Shown here piece after piece: positions 21,801 to 31,062 of a stretch of 64,000 bases of DNA. The stretch is from Candidatus Krumholzibacteriia bacterium (lineage in GTDB: Bacteria > Krumholzibacteriota > Krumholzibacteriia > JAJRXK01): contig JAOZPE010000003.1 in NCBI GenBank assembly GCA_029932915.1, positions 64,147 through 128,146 of the forward strand, given 5' to 3'. The notes under the pieces are model-generated. The model did no database searches. It was not told the origin of the DNA and saw only the letters and a list, made by a program, of their open reading frames with translations. The number at the start of each line of letters is the position of its first letter. The first letter of the stretch is position 1. The position numbers and the translations under genes were made by a program.

Positions 21801-22901
21801 ATGCCAAGCTGTGACATTCTCGTCGTGGGCAACGGCATCGGCGCCTGTACGGCGGCGTTGTCCATGCATGAGCCGGGCCATCGTGAGGTGTGGATCGTCG
21901 CGCCCACCTGGATCGGCGACGACAGCTCGTCGCTCTCACCCGGTCTGTTGCACAGCTACCACGAGCTGACCGCGATGGCCGACCTCTCCTCGCCCGCGCC
22001 GGAGGTCTACCGCGCATGGGCCGAGGAAGCCGGCGAGGACATCGGCCTTCGCAAGACCGGCATGCTGGTGGTGGCCGATGCCGAGCTGGCCCCCCGCGTC
22101 CTGGGCCGGGGACCGCGGCTGCGCCCCTACGGCCTCTCGGCCGAGGAGCTGGACCACGCGGGCCTGGCCCGAAGGGAGGGCCGGGGACGCTACCCGGAGG
22201 GCTCGGCCGGTCTGTGGTTGGAGGATGCCAGCCTTCTCGACCCCCGCCGCACGATCGACGTCCTCACGCGCCTGGCCGTCTCCCGCGGCGTCCGTCTCAT
22301 CCAGGGAGAGAGGACGCTGCGCCTGCTCCGGGATCGGGACCGGGTACTGGGAATCGAGACCAGCAAGGGCGCGATCCACGCCGGCTGGACCATCCTGAGC
22401 TGTGACGAGGCGATCGACCGGCTCATTCCCCAGTTGGTGCGCCACGGGCTCACCGACTGCCAGCGTCCCTACGACCTGCTCCAGCCCCCCGCCGACTTCG
22501 GCGAGGAGATCCCCATCCTCTGGCACGAGCGCACCGGAGTGACCTGGCGTCCCCTGCCCGGCGGCTGGATCCGCCGCAACGGATGGGTGTGGGAAGATGG
22601 AGAGGAGAGCGATCCCCTCCTGCCCGGCCTGGAGCGGGCGACCTCCTGGGGACGAGGCACCTGGCGATGCTATCGCGGCCGCGACTCGCGTCCCCTGGTG
22701 GGACCCCTGCCCGGCGCCGGCGGTGCGCTGGTGAGCTGCGGATTCGGACCCCGCGACTTCGACTTCGCGCCCACGGCGGGGAGCTTCCTGCGCCGTTGGA
22801 CCGAGGGAGAGAGCGCACCGGGCGGCATGGCCCCCGTTCTCGATCCCCGCCGCTTCGTCACCGCGGTCGGCGACGGCGAGGACTTCATCGCCGAGGACTG
22901 A
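21801..22901 (+). CDS. FAD-dependent oxidoreductase (DAO / glycine-D-amino-acid oxidase family)
   Basis: Start reassigned to MPSCDILVVGNGIGACTAAL (GxGxxG FAD-binding fingerprint) at 21801 with RBS aaaggaa; 366 aa. Confidence 0.7.
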   Translation: MPSCDILVVGNGIGACTAALSMHEPGHREVWIVAPTWIGDDSSSLSPGLLHSYHELTAMADLSSPAPEVYRAWAEEAGEDIGLRKTGMLVVADAELAPRVLGRGPRLRPYGLSAEELDHAGLARREGRGRYPEGSAGLWLEDASLLDPRRTIDVLTRLAVSRGVRLIQGERTLRLLRDRDRVLGIETSKGAIHAGWTILSCDEAIDRLIPQLVRHGLTDCQRPYDLLQPPADFGEEIPILWHERTGVTWRPLPGGWIRRNGWVWEDGEESDPLLPGLERATSWGRGTWRCYRGRDSRPLVGPLPGAGGALVSCGFGPRDFDFAPTAGSFLRRWTEGESAPGGMAPVLDPRRFVTAVGDGEDFIAED

Positions 22902-22913
22902 GCCCGCCGGACC

Positions 22914-23552
22914 TCACGAGAGGGCCTTCCCCTGCAGGGCGTAGAGTGTCCAGTCCTCCCATCGGCCGCCGTCGGGAGCGGGAGGAGGGCCCTCGGCCGG
23001 ATGCAACTGCTTCCGCGTGCGCCACTGCACCCGTTCGGGCTCGCTCTGGGAAGCCACCAGCTCGGCGAGGGCTTCCGGGCTGCGGTCGTCCCGGCTGAGG
23101 TCGACCTCGAAGAAGACCCCGAAGTGCACCTGGCTCACCTCTTCCCGCTCCGAATTGATGAAGCCCAGGGGTCGCAGGGCCGACGCTTCCACCTTCAGGC
23201 CCGTCTCCTCCTCGAGTTCCCGCAGCGCGGTGGCCCGCACCAGTCCCACCTCGCCCGTCTCGTCCCGGTCGAAGGGTTCGATGTGCCCGCCGAAACCCAC
23301 CGTCCACAGTCCGCCCAGACGCTGTTCGGTGTGCTTGGCCCTGCGCTGGTAGCAGAGCACCTGGTCGCCCCGGGTGAGGGCGATGTACGGGATGATCTGC
23401 TTGAAGTGGCTGCAGCGCTCCATGTACGCCCGCTCGGCGAAGAAGGCATGGTGCTCCACCCTCTCCAGTTCGACCGCATCGAGCGGAAGGAAGCCCTGGG
23501 GAAAGAGACCGGGGAACAGATGCTTGCGATCGACGACGAGGATGAACTGCAT
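22914..23552 (-). CDS. NUDIX hydrolase
   Basis: 212 aa; Nudix box GGHIEPFDRDETGEVGLVRATALRELEEETGL; immediately downstream of and co-oriented with an SDR epimerase/dehydratase gene. Confidence 0.7.
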   Translation of the reverse strand: MQFILVVDRKHLFPGLFPQGFLPLDAVELERVEHHAFFAERAYMERCSHFKQIIPYIALTRGDQVLCYQRRAKHTEQRLGGLWTVGFGGHIEPFDRDETGEVGLVRATALRELEEETGLKVEASALRPLGFINSEREEVSQVHFGVFFEVDLSRDDRSPEALAELVASQSEPERVQWRTRKQLHPAEGPPPAPDGGRWEDWTLYALQGKALS

Positions 23553-23581
23553 GACGCCTCACCGGGCCAGGGGAAGGGAGA

Positions 23582-24580
23582 CTACCAGTAGTGCTCCCGG
23601 TACTTCTTGTAGTATTCGACGCTGCGGCGAAGCCCCTCCTCCATCTCCACCGTCGGAGTCCATCCCGTCGCCCGGGTGAACTTCGAGTGGTCGGCCACGA
23701 AGTCGCCGGTCTCGATCGACTTGCGCTCGTCGGGCCAGGGAGTCAGTTCGTAGTGTCCACTGCCGGCGGCAGCCAGGACCATCTCGGTGGTCTCCTTGAA
23801 GCTGCGTGGCTCGTCGCCTCCCAGATGGAAGGCCTCACCGACGGTCGTCTCCGGATGGGATCCGCACAGCAGGAAGGCCTCGGTGACGTCGTCCACGTAG
23901 TTGTAGTCGCGCTTCTGCGCGCCATCGCCGTACAGCGAGATGGTCGCGTCGTCCAGCGCCAGGCGGAGGAACCAGTTCAGGATGCCGTACTTGCCGTGCT
24001 TCATCTGATGGCGCGGCCCGTAGGTGTTGCTGATCCTCAGACTGGTGAAGCGCATGCCGTGTGCGCGGGCGTAGACGAATCCGTAGAGTTCGGCCGCCAC
24101 CTTGTTGACCCCGTAGATGTCGGTCGGAAGCATGCAGTGCTCCTCGGTGACCGGTGTCTCCCGCAGCACCCCGTACTGACCGCGCGTGCCGGCGTAGATG
24201 ACGTGGCAGTCGGGGGCATGATGGCGCACCGCCTCGTAGACGATCATGTTCCCGCGGCAGTTGATGTCGATGTCCCACAGCGGATCGCTCATCGAGTCGA
24301 TGTGGCTGGTCTGCATGCCGATGTGGAAGAGCAGATCCTGCCCCTTCACCACTTCGTCCATGAGTTCGGCGTCGCGGATGTCCCCGATGTGCACCTCGAC
24401 CTCGTCGCCGATGGGATCGATGTTGAAGCGGTTGCCGCCGAAGAGAGGGATCATGGCGTCGACGAGGGTCACCCGGGCCCCGGCCTTCACCAGGGCGATG
24501 GCCAGATTGCTGCCCAAGAAACCCAGTCCTCCGGTGATCAGCACCTTCTTGCCCGCATAGAAACGGTGATCCTCGCTCAT
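23582..24580 (-). CDS. NAD-dependent epimerase/dehydratase (extended SDR family; nucleotide-sugar 4,6-dehydratase/decarboxylase-like)
   Basis: Start reassigned to MSEDHRFYAGKKVLITGGLGFLGSNL (Rossmann GxxGxxG) at 24580. Also NTYGP and YGDGAQKRDYNYVDDV motifs typical of dTDP-glucose dehydratase/UDP-xylose synthase relatives. Confidence 0.8.
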   Translation of the reverse strand: MSEDHRFYAGKKVLITGGLGFLGSNLAIALVKAGARVTLVDAMIPLFGGNRFNIDPIGDEVEVHIGDIRDAELMDEVVKGQDLLFHIGMQTSHIDSMSDPLWDIDINCRGNMIVYEAVRHHAPDCHVIYAGTRGQYGVLRETPVTEEHCMLPTDIYGVNKVAAELYGFVYARAHGMRFTSLRISNTYGPRHQMKHGKYGILNWFLRLALDDATISLYGDGAQKRDYNYVDDVTEAFLLCGSHPETTVGEAFHLGGDEPRSFKETTEMVLAAAGSGHYELTPWPDERKSIETGDFVADHSKFTRATGWTPTVEMEEGLRRSVEYYKKYREHYW

Positions 24581-24798
24581 CCTCTTCTCCTGGCGTTGGG
24601 GGGACGAGGCAGTGTAGAGCCAGCCGCCGCGGGGAACAAGGATCCAGGGCAAGTCCGCCGTCCACCCTCGCGCGAGTCGACCCCCGATCTGCTTCCCCTG
24701 GAAGCGCGGGCCGGAAGACCGTACATTGTCAGCCGACACGGCCTCTTGTTCCACCCCTTCCCGTCCGGCCCGATTCCCCAGAGGAGGAAGCACACATC

Positions 24799-25230
24799 AT
24801 GGACGTTCGGCGCGACGGCGATCGCATCCTGGTCCGCCTCCACCGAGGCGAAGAACTCGTCTCCTCGCTGCACCGACTCGCCCGCCAGGAGGAGATCCGG
24901 CACGCCCTGGTGGTGGGCATCGGAGCCCTCGACGATCTGGAACTGGGTTACCGCAACCCCGAGCGGGAGGACTACGACCACCGCGAATTCTCCGGCTCGC
25001 ACGAGTTGTTGAGTCTGTCGGGGAATCTGGGCTGGGCCGACGGCGAACCCTTCCTGCACGCCCACGTGGTCCTGGGAGCGAGCGATTTCAGCATCGTCGG
25101 CGGACACCTCTTCCGGGGCACCGTCAGTGCGACGGCCGAGATCTTCCTCCTGCCCGGCCGCTTCGCCCTGCAGAGGAAGTGGGAGGACGCGATGAAGATG
25201 AAGCTGTGGCACCTGGGAGACATCGATTGA
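24799..25230 (+). CDS. PPC/DUF296-domain protein (predicted DNA-binding fold)
   Basis: 143 aa; RBS gaggaggaag; matches the DUF296 pattern (GxxELxSLxGNL...GEPxLHAHVVLG...GGHL). Confidence 0.6.
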   Translation: MDVRRDGDRILVRLHRGEELVSSLHRLARQEEIRHALVVGIGALDDLELGYRNPEREDYDHREFSGSHELLSLSGNLGWADGEPFLHAHVVLGASDFSIVGGHLFRGTVSATAEIFLLPGRFALQRKWEDAMKMKLWHLGDID

Positions 25231-25241
25231 GGAAGGAGACG

Positions 25242-26084
25242 ATGCACCCTCGCCGGTCCTACCCCGCGACGGCCCTGCTGTGGACTGTCCTGGCGCTGTT
25301 GCTCAGCGCCTCCTCCTGCGACAATTCGCTCGAAGGAGAAGGAGAGCCTCCGCTGCCCACCCAACTGCGGGTCGTGGACAGCTATCCGGCGACGCCCACC
25401 CTCGAGGATCCCGACTACGTGCCCTTCGATCCCGACTGGCCCGTCTCCTTGCGTCTGGGCCTGAACCAGATCGCCCAGCCCTCCGATCTGGTCTTCTCCT
25501 TCTTCCCTGCGCCCCTGCCCGGTTGGACGACGCGGGCCAGCCAGGCCAGCCCGCTCTACTGGATCGACAACTTCCAGCCCGACAGCAACACCGTCCTGCA
25601 GACCATCGTCGTCGACGGACCGCGCTTCGATCACCCATGGCTGTGGGAGTTCTGGGTCGTGAAAGAACCAGGCGTGGGCTACACCTACATCGACGCCAAC
25701 GTCATCCAGCGGCACCAGATGGGACCTTCACCGCAGTACGCCGTCTTCCTGTTCTACCCGCAGGAAGTGGCCAGTGGAGTGCAGTCCCCGGCCGAACTCT
25801 TCGAGTGCCCGGCGGTGAGGGCCGCCCTGCCCGTGCTCGACCTGTCCGGCCCGAGCGAAGCGCATTTCCAGCGTCTGGTCGACGGCCTGCACGAAGACAC
25901 CTACTACACCATGGCGGTGATCCTGGACACCGACGGAGACGGGGTCTACGACCCCCACCTGGACTGGTGGGGCACAGCCCACGTCAATCCCAGCGGGAAG
26001 TGGCTTCCCTGTTATGCCCAGCCCCAGCCTGCCCCGGATAGCCCGAGCCTCGAGGCCGAGCTGCTGCCGCCGCCGGTGGAGTGA
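25242..26084 (+). CDS. Hypothetical lipoprotein
   Basis: Start reassigned to MHPRRSYPATALLWTVLALLLSASSCDNS (lipobox) at 25242 with RBS ggaaggagac; 280 aa; no recognised domain; 12 nt after the DUF296 gene. Confidence 0.6.
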   Translation: MHPRRSYPATALLWTVLALLLSASSCDNSLEGEGEPPLPTQLRVVDSYPATPTLEDPDYVPFDPDWPVSLRLGLNQIAQPSDLVFSFFPAPLPGWTTRASQASPLYWIDNFQPDSNTVLQTIVVDGPRFDHPWLWEFWVVKEPGVGYTYIDANVIQRHQMGPSPQYAVFLFYPQEVASGVQSPAELFECPAVRAALPVLDLSGPSEAHFQRLVDGLHEDTYYTMAVILDTDGDGVYDPHLDWWGTAHVNPSGKWLPCYAQPQPAPDSPSLEAELLPPPVE

Positions 26085-26130
26085 GCCGGGTTCTCGGAGC
26101 GCCCCGCCGCCGGTGGATCGGATCCGGCCC

Positions 26131-27123
26131 TCAGAGCACCCCGCCGCCGGGGGGCAAGCCCTGCCCCTCTTCTTCTTCCATCTGGGCCAGGCGCCTCCGC
26201 TTGCGCCAGTAACTGCGGGCGGCGCCGACGAGGAAGAGCAGGGTCATCAGGGTGAAGATCGAGGCCACCTGCGAGAGGGCGGCGATCCACCCGTAGCGGC
26301 CCTGGATGCGCGCGTCGAAGTCCAGGGCGAAGCGGTGTACGGTCTGCCCGGTCAACTCCAGGAAGGCCTGGTCGAAGCGCCCGCAGCGAACGGTCCCGTC
26401 GATCAGGGCCTTCCACCCCCCTTGCGCGCGCAGACGGTCCTGCAGCTCGAGGACCGCGGCCAGGCTCAGTGCGTAGGCCCGGGCCGCCGCGGCGCCGCCC
26501 TCGGGAAAGGCCTTGCCGATGCGCTCCAACGCGGGCAGCGATCCGGCCGAGGCTCCGCGCAACAGGGCGAAGCGCTCGTGCCATCGCCACTCGCCCGACT
26601 GGGCCTGGGCCACGCCCTCGACGAACCAGCGCGGCAGACCGGCCCGGGCGCCCACCCGCTGCCCCAGGTAGACGTGGCTGAGTTCGTGGCGGAGGATCCG
26701 CGACAGACCCTGGTCGCCGCGCAGCACCGCATCCATGTCCAGGACGATCGGACCGGTGGGCCAGTTGGCGAATCCCACCCCCCATTCGGGAATGAGCCCG
26801 CGGGCCCAGGGGCGGAAGGTCCTCCCGCGCAGAAGGACGATCTCCACCGGCGCGGGGTGTTCCAGACCCACGCCCGCGGCGATCGATGGAGAGACGGTGG
26901 GCCACAGGGCGGCGACCGCGTCGACCGAAGCCTCCATGCCCGCCTCGGCCCGCAGAAGGGCCCAGGGAGGGCCCACCTTCCGGTGCAGGGGTGTGCGGTC
27001 GACCGCCGAGAAGGCCGGCCTGGGCGCCAGGGTGACGACGAACGCGAGAAGGAGAAGGATCAGCCCTGCGCGGGCTGTTTCCCTTCCAGGGCGTTCCACA
27101 GGAATTCGAGGATCTCTCGCCAC
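26131..27123 (-). CDS. Putative membrane-anchored zinc metallopeptidase (HEXXH motif, MA-clan-like)
   Basis: 330 aa; N-terminal TM/signal (AGLILLLLAFVVTLAP); HELSHVY zinc-binding motif plus downstream E (FVEGVAQAQ); C-terminal TM plus basic tail. The 5' end overlaps the upstream gene by about 64 nt, so the true start may lie further in. Confidence 0.5.
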   Translation of the reverse strand: MARDPRIPVERPGRETARAGLILLLLAFVVTLAPRPAFSAVDRTPLHRKVGPPWALLRAEAGMEASVDAVAALWPTVSPSIAAGVGLEHPAPVEIVLLRGRTFRPWARGLIPEWGVGFANWPTGPIVLDMDAVLRGDQGLSRILRHELSHVYLGQRVGARAGLPRWFVEGVAQAQSGEWRWHERFALLRGASAGSLPALERIGKAFPEGGAAAARAYALSLAAVLELQDRLRAQGGWKALIDGTVRCGRFDQAFLELTGQTVHRFALDFDARIQGRYGWIAALSQVASIFTLMTLLFLVGAARSYWRKRRRLAQMEEEEGQGLPPGGGVL

Positions 27124-28136
27124 GCCTGCTCCGTCTCGGCCAGCTCGGAGGGTGAATGCCGTTCGGGATCGTCCCAGAAGAGGAAGCCGTGCCCTCCGTG
27201 CGGATAGATCCTCAGGAGGTCGCCCCGCCGGCCGGCGGCTCGAAGCGCATCGAACATGCCCCGGGCCTGATCGGCCGGGACGATCCGATCCCTCTCTCCC
27301 TGCACGAGGAGGATGGGGGCGGGACCGAGCTTCTCCACCAGGGCCATCGCATTGCGGCGGGCGAAGGCACGGGGGCGGTCCTGCGGACCGTGGCCGTACA
27401 CCCTCACACTCAGTGGGTCGCTCACATCGAAGCCGTTGTCCACGAGGTACTGGTACCAGCGGTAGATGTCCATCACCCCGTAGGCCGCGACCACCCCCTT
27501 CAACAACTGCTTTCCGAGCGGCCGCTCCAGGGCCATCACCGACACGAGAGCCCCATGGCTGGTGCCGATCATCACGAACTCTTCGTCGCGCACGCCGGGG
27601 TGGTGGCGCAGGATCCGCATCGCCGCCAGCACGTCGTCGACCTCCCCGTCGGCCACTTCGACCTCGCCCTCGCCGCCGTCCTCACCGCGGTAGCTCGGGG
27701 CGAAGACCAGGAAGCCCTGGCGGGCCAGCCAGCGGCAGCGCTGCTTCACCGCCTCGCTCACCCCGTCGACGCCGCCGTGGTTGAAGATGAGACAGGGCTC
27801 GACGTCCTGCTCGCTGAAGGGGTCGATGAAGAGATAGCCGGTGACCTTCAGTTCTCCACTGCGGTAGCCCAGCAGGGCCTCCTCCACGCTGTCCTGCATC
27901 GCGTGCGAGAGCAGGGAGAAGCCCTCCTCCTCGTCCGGGGCCACCCCTTCGCCTTCCTCCTGCCGGCCCTCGCCCGGCTGAAGCCGGGCGCCGCTGCCGG
28001 AAGCGGCCGCATCGCCATGGTCCTCTTGCCGATCCCCACCGCAGCCCGCCACGAGCGGAAGCAACAGGAGAAGCGAGAGGAACGCCCATCCCTTTACGCC
28101 CGCGCCCCAGCGCCCTAGGCTGAGGACGTGATGCAT
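27060..28136 (-). CDS. Alpha/beta-hydrolase lipoprotein (S9 prolyl-oligopeptidase / dienelactone-hydrolase-like)
   Basis: Start reassigned to MHHVLSLGRWGAGVKGWAFLSLLLLLPLVAGCGG (lipobox) at 28136. Nucleophile elbow GTSHG; Asp and His (PHGGHGF) of the catalytic triad near the C-terminus. Confidence 0.65.
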   Translation of the reverse strand: MHHVLSLGRWGAGVKGWAFLSLLLLLPLVAGCGGDRQEDHGDAAASGSGARLQPGEGRQEEGEGVAPDEEEGFSLLSHAMQDSVEEALLGYRSGELKVTGYLFIDPFSEQDVEPCLIFNHGGVDGVSEAVKQRCRWLARQGFLVFAPSYRGEDGGEGEVEVADGEVDDVLAAMRILRHHPGVRDEEFVMIGTSHGALVSVMALERPLGKQLLKGVVAAYGVMDIYRWYQYLVDNGFDVSDPLSVRVYGHGPQDRPRAFARRNAMALVEKLGPAPILLVQGERDRIVPADQARGMFDALRAAGRRGDLLRIYPHGGHGFLFWDDPERHSPSELAETEQAWREILEFLWNALEGKQPAQG

Positions 28137-28901
28137 CTTCGCGAGTCCGAATCCCATGATCGACTGCTCCGGCTGTTGACTCCGCAGGCCCGGGTGGTCG
28201 CCCTCACCGGGGCGGGGATCTCCGCCGCCAGCGGGATCCCGACCTTCCGGGGCAAGGGGGGCCTGTACAAGAACCTCCACGCCCAGGATCTGGCCACTCC
28301 AGAGGCCTTCGCCCGTGATCCAGCCACCGTGTGGGAGTGGTACGGCTGGAGGCGCGATCTCGTCCGGCGCGCCCGGCCCAACGCGGCCCATCGGGCGCTG
28401 CGTGAACTCTCCGAGTTGGTCGGGCGGCTGGACATCATAACCCAGAACGTCGACGGGCTCCATGAGCAGACGGGCCTGGCCGGGGAAGGGGGGATCGTGC
28501 GGTTGCACGGATCGCTCTGGAGGATGCGCTGCACCCGCTGTGGGCGGGAGGTCGAGGACCGATCGGCGGGTCCCTACCCTCCCGATCTGCCCCATTGCTC
28601 CTGTGGAGGGCTCATGCGGCCGGCCGTCGTCTGGTTCGGCGAGCAACTTGCATCGGAGGATCTCGATGAGGCCGGCGCCCTCACCCGCCACGCGGATGTC
28701 TTCCTGGTGGTGGGAACCAGCGCCGTCGTCTATCCCGCCGCGGGCTTTCTCGGCCTCGCCTCCCAGCAGGGGGCCTTCGTGGCCGAATTCAACCTCGAGG
28801 CGGCCGCTTCCGGGCCGGAAATCGGCCTGAGGGTGACCGGTCCCAGCGAGGAGACGCTTCCGGCCCTGGTCGATGCCGTGCGGAAGCGAAGGAAGGTCTG
28901 A
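28131..28901 (+). CDS. cobB: NAD-dependent protein deacylase, Sir2/CobB family
   Basis: TGAGISAASGIPTFRG NAD-binding motif; QNVDGLH; Cys4 zinc ribbon (CTRCG...CSCGG); about 255 aa. ATG at 28131, or GTG at 28128 as in the ORF track. Confidence 0.8.
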   Translation: MHLRESESHDRLLRLLTPQARVVALTGAGISAASGIPTFRGKGGLYKNLHAQDLATPEAFARDPATVWEWYGWRRDLVRRARPNAAHRALRELSELVGRLDIITQNVDGLHEQTGLAGEGGIVRLHGSLWRMRCTRCGREVEDRSAGPYPPDLPHCSCGGLMRPAVVWFGEQLASEDLDEAGALTRHADVFLVVGTSAVVYPAAGFLGLASQQGAFVAEFNLEAAASGPEIGLRVTGPSEETLPALVDAVRKRRKV

Positions 28902-28936
28902 GAGAGACCCGGGGCACAGCGCGAAGGCCGATCCGC

Positions 28937-30307
28937 ATGCGCCGTCTCGTTCCAGTACTGCTGATCCTCGCTGTTTTCCTGCCGCAGGGAAACGCCATGG
29001 CCCAGGGCTACGATGCCAGGGGCATGGCCATGGGCGGGGTGAGCCTCAGCCAGAATTCCGGCCGGCTGTACCGGGTCAATCCCGCCTACAAGGCGGTTCC
29101 CCCCCGGGTGGCCGAGCACTCGATCTCCATTCCCATTCCGCTGGGTCTCATCCAGTTCATCCAGGACTTCCCCGAGCTGGATCCCGACAGCGAGGACTTC
29201 AGCGCCATCGGGATCATCAACTTCATCTCGAACATCCCGTGGGCCTGGGAATTCAAGCGGCCGCGCGATCCCAAGGAGGGAATGGAGATCTGGCTGGGGC
29301 AGGACCACCTGGTCATCGACCTCAAGGATGCCCAGGAGATCATCCCCCGCGAGGGCTACACCATCGGGGGCATGGGCCATCCCTTCGACCTGGGATTCAA
29401 GATCCCGCTGGGAACGGCCGGACTGGTCCACTTCAGTCTCTTCCGCCCCTTCCTGTCCACCGAGATCGACTTCGGCTTGAATGACGAACTGGTCGGGGTG
29501 CTGGCCGACGCCGACTCGATCGCCCCCTCCACGGACTACGCCGCCTCATCCGACGCGCTCATGCAGGCGGGCGTGACCAGCGGCGTCACCTGGGCCCTGC
29601 CCCTGTGGCTCGACGGCAACGGCGGCACCAACGGACAGGGCGGAGGTTTCTGGGTGGGTGCCGGCTTCCGGCACTACTTCGGTGGAGGCTATGTGCGCCT
29701 GGACGGCGATCTGGTGCTGCACAGCGGCGATCCGATCTTCGCCACCGCCGGAGCGGACACCTTCGACGCCGAATTCCACGCCGACTACTATCGGGCCTGG
29801 CCCAACGACCTGGCCACCGTCGGCTACGGGAACGCGCTCGACCTGGGTGCGGTCTTCCGCCGTGGCCGTCTGGAACTCGGCGCGGGCGTGGCCGACATCT
29901 TCGCCGACATCACCTGGAACAACACCCAGCTCGACCACTCCTACCTCGACCCCGATTTCAACGAGATCATCACCGAGAACGTGGCCGAGCACTTCACCAC
30001 CACCACCGACATCCCGGTGAGCTGGTTGCTCAACGTCATCTGGCATGGTGACCGTCTGGTGCTCGCGGCCAACGCAATCGATCAGCCCGGTGGTTTCAGC
30101 ATGCATGGCGGCGCCGAGTTCTGGGCCATCCCATGGCTCGCCCTGCGCGGCGGGGCCTCGATGGACCAGCGCAACCGCGCGCAGGCCGGGTGGGGCGTGG
30201 GCGTGAAGGTGGGCTCCTTCGGAATCGACCTGGGCTTCCAGACCCACAACCTCGGACTCACCGACGAACGCGGCGTCTCCATGGGACTCGCCGTCACTCT
30301 CTACTAG
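28937..30307 (+). CDS. Putative outer-membrane beta-barrel protein (signal peptide, C-terminal aromatic residue)
   Basis: 456 aa; signal peptide MRRLVPVLLILAVFLPQGNAMAQG; glycine/aromatic-rich alternating pattern; ends ...GLAVTLY (terminal Tyr as in OMP beta-signals). Confidence 0.6.
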   Translation: MRRLVPVLLILAVFLPQGNAMAQGYDARGMAMGGVSLSQNSGRLYRVNPAYKAVPPRVAEHSISIPIPLGLIQFIQDFPELDPDSEDFSAIGIINFISNIPWAWEFKRPRDPKEGMEIWLGQDHLVIDLKDAQEIIPREGYTIGGMGHPFDLGFKIPLGTAGLVHFSLFRPFLSTEIDFGLNDELVGVLADADSIAPSTDYAASSDALMQAGVTSGVTWALPLWLDGNGGTNGQGGGFWVGAGFRHYFGGGYVRLDGDLVLHSGDPIFATAGADTFDAEFHADYYRAWPNDLATVGYGNALDLGAVFRRGRLELGAGVADIFADITWNNTQLDHSYLDPDFNEIITENVAEHFTTTTDIPVSWLLNVIWHGDRLVLAANAIDQPGGFSMHGGAEFWAIPWLALRGGASMDQRNRAQAGWGVGVKVGSFGIDLGFQTHNLGLTDERGVSMGLAVTLY

Positions 30308-30317
30308 GGGGAAGGCC

Positions 30318-30917
30318 ATGGGAAGCTCGATGCAAACCTTCCACCGCTGGAGCCGACGCCTCGCGCTCGTCCTGGTCCTGTCGCTGGCCGCCTGCGCCGG
30401 CGGACAGATCATCCTCAACCTGGACATCCTCAGTTTCCTCGACGAGGAGGACCTCGACGCCCATTACGAGGCCGAGTTCCCGGTGACCGGCATCTGGCTG
30501 CCCCTGGCCGGACTGGTGCCGCCGACCGAGGTCAAACTGATGGAGGGTCTGGGAACGGCCAGCATCCTCCAGGAGGGGGTCCTCACCGTCGAGGGCATCT
30601 TCGACAACGAGCTGGGACAGGCGAGCACCCGCATCGAGGTGTACCTGGGGGAGACCGCCGAAGAGGTGAGCGCCAGTCTCCAGCCGGTGGTCACCGTCTA
30701 CGCCGATCTGCAGGATTCGACGGTGACCCCCTTCTCCGCCTCGGCCGATCTGGATGAGGAAGCCCTCGATCTGTTCGGCAACAACCAGGTCTGGGTGCGC
30801 CTGGACGTCTTCGCCCGCGTCGATGGAAGCACCCCTCCCGTCCAGGTTGCCGGCGACGTCGCCCTCACCACCCTGAAGGCCCGGTTGCTTTCGGAAGAGG
30901 ACCTGATCCGCAAGTGA
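30318..30917 (+). CDS. Hypothetical lipoprotein (partner of the upstream OMP gene)
   Basis: 199 aa; lipobox LSLAACAG; acidic; 11 nt downstream of the OMP gene. Confidence 0.55.
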   Translation: MGSSMQTFHRWSRRLALVLVLSLAACAGGQIILNLDILSFLDEEDLDAHYEAEFPVTGIWLPLAGLVPPTEVKLMEGLGTASILQEGVLTVEGIFDNELGQASTRIEVYLGETAEEVSASLQPVVTVYADLQDSTVTPFSASADLDEEALDLFGNNQVWVRLDVFARVDGSTPPVQVAGDVALTTLKARLLSEEDLIRK

Positions 30918-31062
30918 TCCCCCGCGCTGCCACCTGGACCACCCCCTCCCGGACCCGCTCCGGCCCGACCCCGCCGGCGGACGGAGCTGGACCGGATCGT
31001 CCCCCCATGGACAACGAGGCTTAGGGGGGGACGCCGGCCGGCTGCGGGGTTACAGTGGGGAC

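Noticed and set aside
28128-28901. Sir2-domain protein as a possible antiphage defence component (Thoeris ThsA / DSR-like)
   Set aside because: It has the canonical short CobB architecture with a Cys4 zinc ribbon and no SLOG/TIR/helicase partner or fused effector domain nearby. Housekeeping deacylase is the simpler reading.
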